Positions 62,381 to 64,000 of a stretch of DNA of 64,000 nucleotides are shown piece by piece. The DNA is from Psammoneis japonica (lineage: Eukaryota). Position numbers and translations under genes: made by a program. Position 1 is the stretch's first letter. Every line of letters begins with the position of its first letter. The notes beneath the pieces were generated by a model. That model was not told where the DNA came from. It saw nothing but the letters and a program-made list of their open reading frames with translations, and made no database searches. The stretch lies in assembly GCA_008632985.1 (NCBI GenBank), contig QPGO01000041.1:1-64000 (forward strand). The letters are read 5' to 3'.

Positions 62381-64000
62381 ATCGTTGAAGGAGCCTTGCA
62401 TCAGCTGTGAAGCTAAATTTGAGCATTCTGACTTGGAGGACATGAAATTGACCCAATCGCATGATGACGGTAGCACTCGTACAAAAAAGTGTCCGCGTTT
62501 TGATGGCACTCATGGTGTTGAAGCATTGTTATTCGTTGAGGATCGTTTTCGTAAAATTGCTGTGAAACTGGAGCACACTGCTGGCGAGGAGTTGTTCGAA
62601 AATTTCGAGGAAGTGCTCACGGATGCGGCAGAGGACAAATGGGCGAATTTGACCAATGCAATTGACGATGCCGATAAAACTGTCGAGCGTTTTGATCAGG
62701 AAATCAATCGTTTTTACTTGTCTTATTGTGACAATGAAGCGCGTGATACGATGATTGAATGTTTGCCAACTTTGAAAAAACCATTCAAATCTGAAGTGCA
62801 GGCGCGCGCGGATCGCATGGAAACCTTGATTCGGTGCTCCAACAAACTTCCGGGAAATGCTCCTCAAGTCAACGAAGCTCAGAAGAAAAAGATGACATTT
62901 GACAGCTTCCCTCGTCCGTGGCGTGAGATGTGTGCTCGAGCAGGACGAGCGACAGCGAATGACACTCTCGCTGAGATCATCAGTTGCGTGAACAATGAGA
63001 AATCTTTTGCTGACAAGAGCAGCAACAAGAAGCAGGACAAGAAGAGGAAAGACAGTGGTGCTTCGTCTCAAGCTTCAAGACGCTCTCGTGGCAACAGTGG
63101 CAGAACGGATCCAGAATCTAGATGCCCGGTGCACGCAAATCACGACCACAAGTGGAAGGACCGCACTTTGAATCCAGAAAGCCAAAACTGTCGGCCGAGG
63201 TCCAACCGTGGCGGTCATGGCGGAGGCCGTGGTGGAGGCCGAGGAAACTGCCAAGGCAGAGGACCCCAAGGTCGAGGCGGTCGTGGCAACTTCCAAGGTC
63301 GAGGACGTGGCAATTGTGGCAATCAAGGAGGATGTGGAGGCCGAGGTTATGGCAACCACAACAACTCCCAGAATTCTCAAGGGAATGGATCCCATTGTCA
63401 AAATCAAAACGGCACCCAAGCCAACGGTGATGCCCAAGGCTGTGGAAATCCGGCTGGAGCAGCTCCTCCTGGTGGCTGGCAAATGGAGTCGCACCATTTT
63501 GATCAAGGAGGGCCTCGTGAGATGCGAGGTGGAAATGGATGCGATCAGAACGGTCGTGCCCATCAAGGCCAACGAAGTTGGCGCAATTGACAAGGGACGG
63601 AAGCGCCCGAGTCAGAGCGTGTCGCTCAATCTTTTTATGTTTGTGTGATTGTGAAGAAAACACATGTTTTAATGTTGATGACAATGTGGGAGACCTGATG
63701 GAATCTTGTGCTGTGAATGAAGAAAAATTGGGCGGCGTTTTGGAGTGCGCTGCACCAACCCCTAAAACTGCGACTCCCAAACCATTGAGTGTGGTGCCAA
63801 TGACGTTGATGGCGGCGCGCACCATTCAAAATCAAGAGAGCAAGCGAGTGTCACGCGTGCCATTGGATTCAGGAGGTGCTGACACTCTTGTTCATTCTCG
63901 AGTTTTGCCGAAGGGAGCGAATCCGACCATGAACGATGAAGGATGGTTGAGCTTTCAGATGGCAGCCGGACGACATGAATCCTCCCGACACGTTGTCATG
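62370..64000 (+). mobile_element. Ty3/Gypsy gag (62370-63590) and start of pol (aspartic protease), TpA-mutated, truncated by window edge
   Basis: Gag with CPVH..HDHKW knuckle-like motif and RGG-rich tail; protease RVSRVPLDSGGADTLV at ~63845-63895. Confidence 0.85.

Overview
Eukaryotic nuclear DNA, most likely from a diatom (short GT-AG introns, signal peptide + 'AF' plastid-type presequences, Copia gag of the diatom CoDi type). Ordinary host genes (RPL8, a plastid-type TPR/SAP protein, a sulfotransferase-like protein, primase large subunit, ALMT/FUSC-like transporter, hotdog thioesterase, full-size ABCB, a small Cys-rich protein, GT14/DUF266-like protein, giant BEACH protein) alternate with transposon blocks (two Ty3/Gypsy, a Copia gag, Sola-like and Academ-like DNA transposons, several MITEs). 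The main signal is that the transposon blocks (~3.15-23.9 kb, ~31.1-39.9 kb, ~41.3-42.6 kb, ~62.4-64 kb) have lost almost all TpA dinucleotides, with sharp borders. Conserved Tyr codons read Cys/His, Leu reads Ser/Pro, TAA/TAG are rare, and duplicate copies differ by TA vs TG/CA. In two elements CpG is kept while TpA is gone. This points to a repeat-targeted A:T->G:C hypermutation process, opposite in direction to fungal RIP. Also notable: a degenerate C5-DNA-methyltransferase-like domain inside a Gypsy pol, and two related ~208-bp MITEs with homologous interiors but divergent, self-complementary TIRs. All counts and alignments are by eye and no database search was run.
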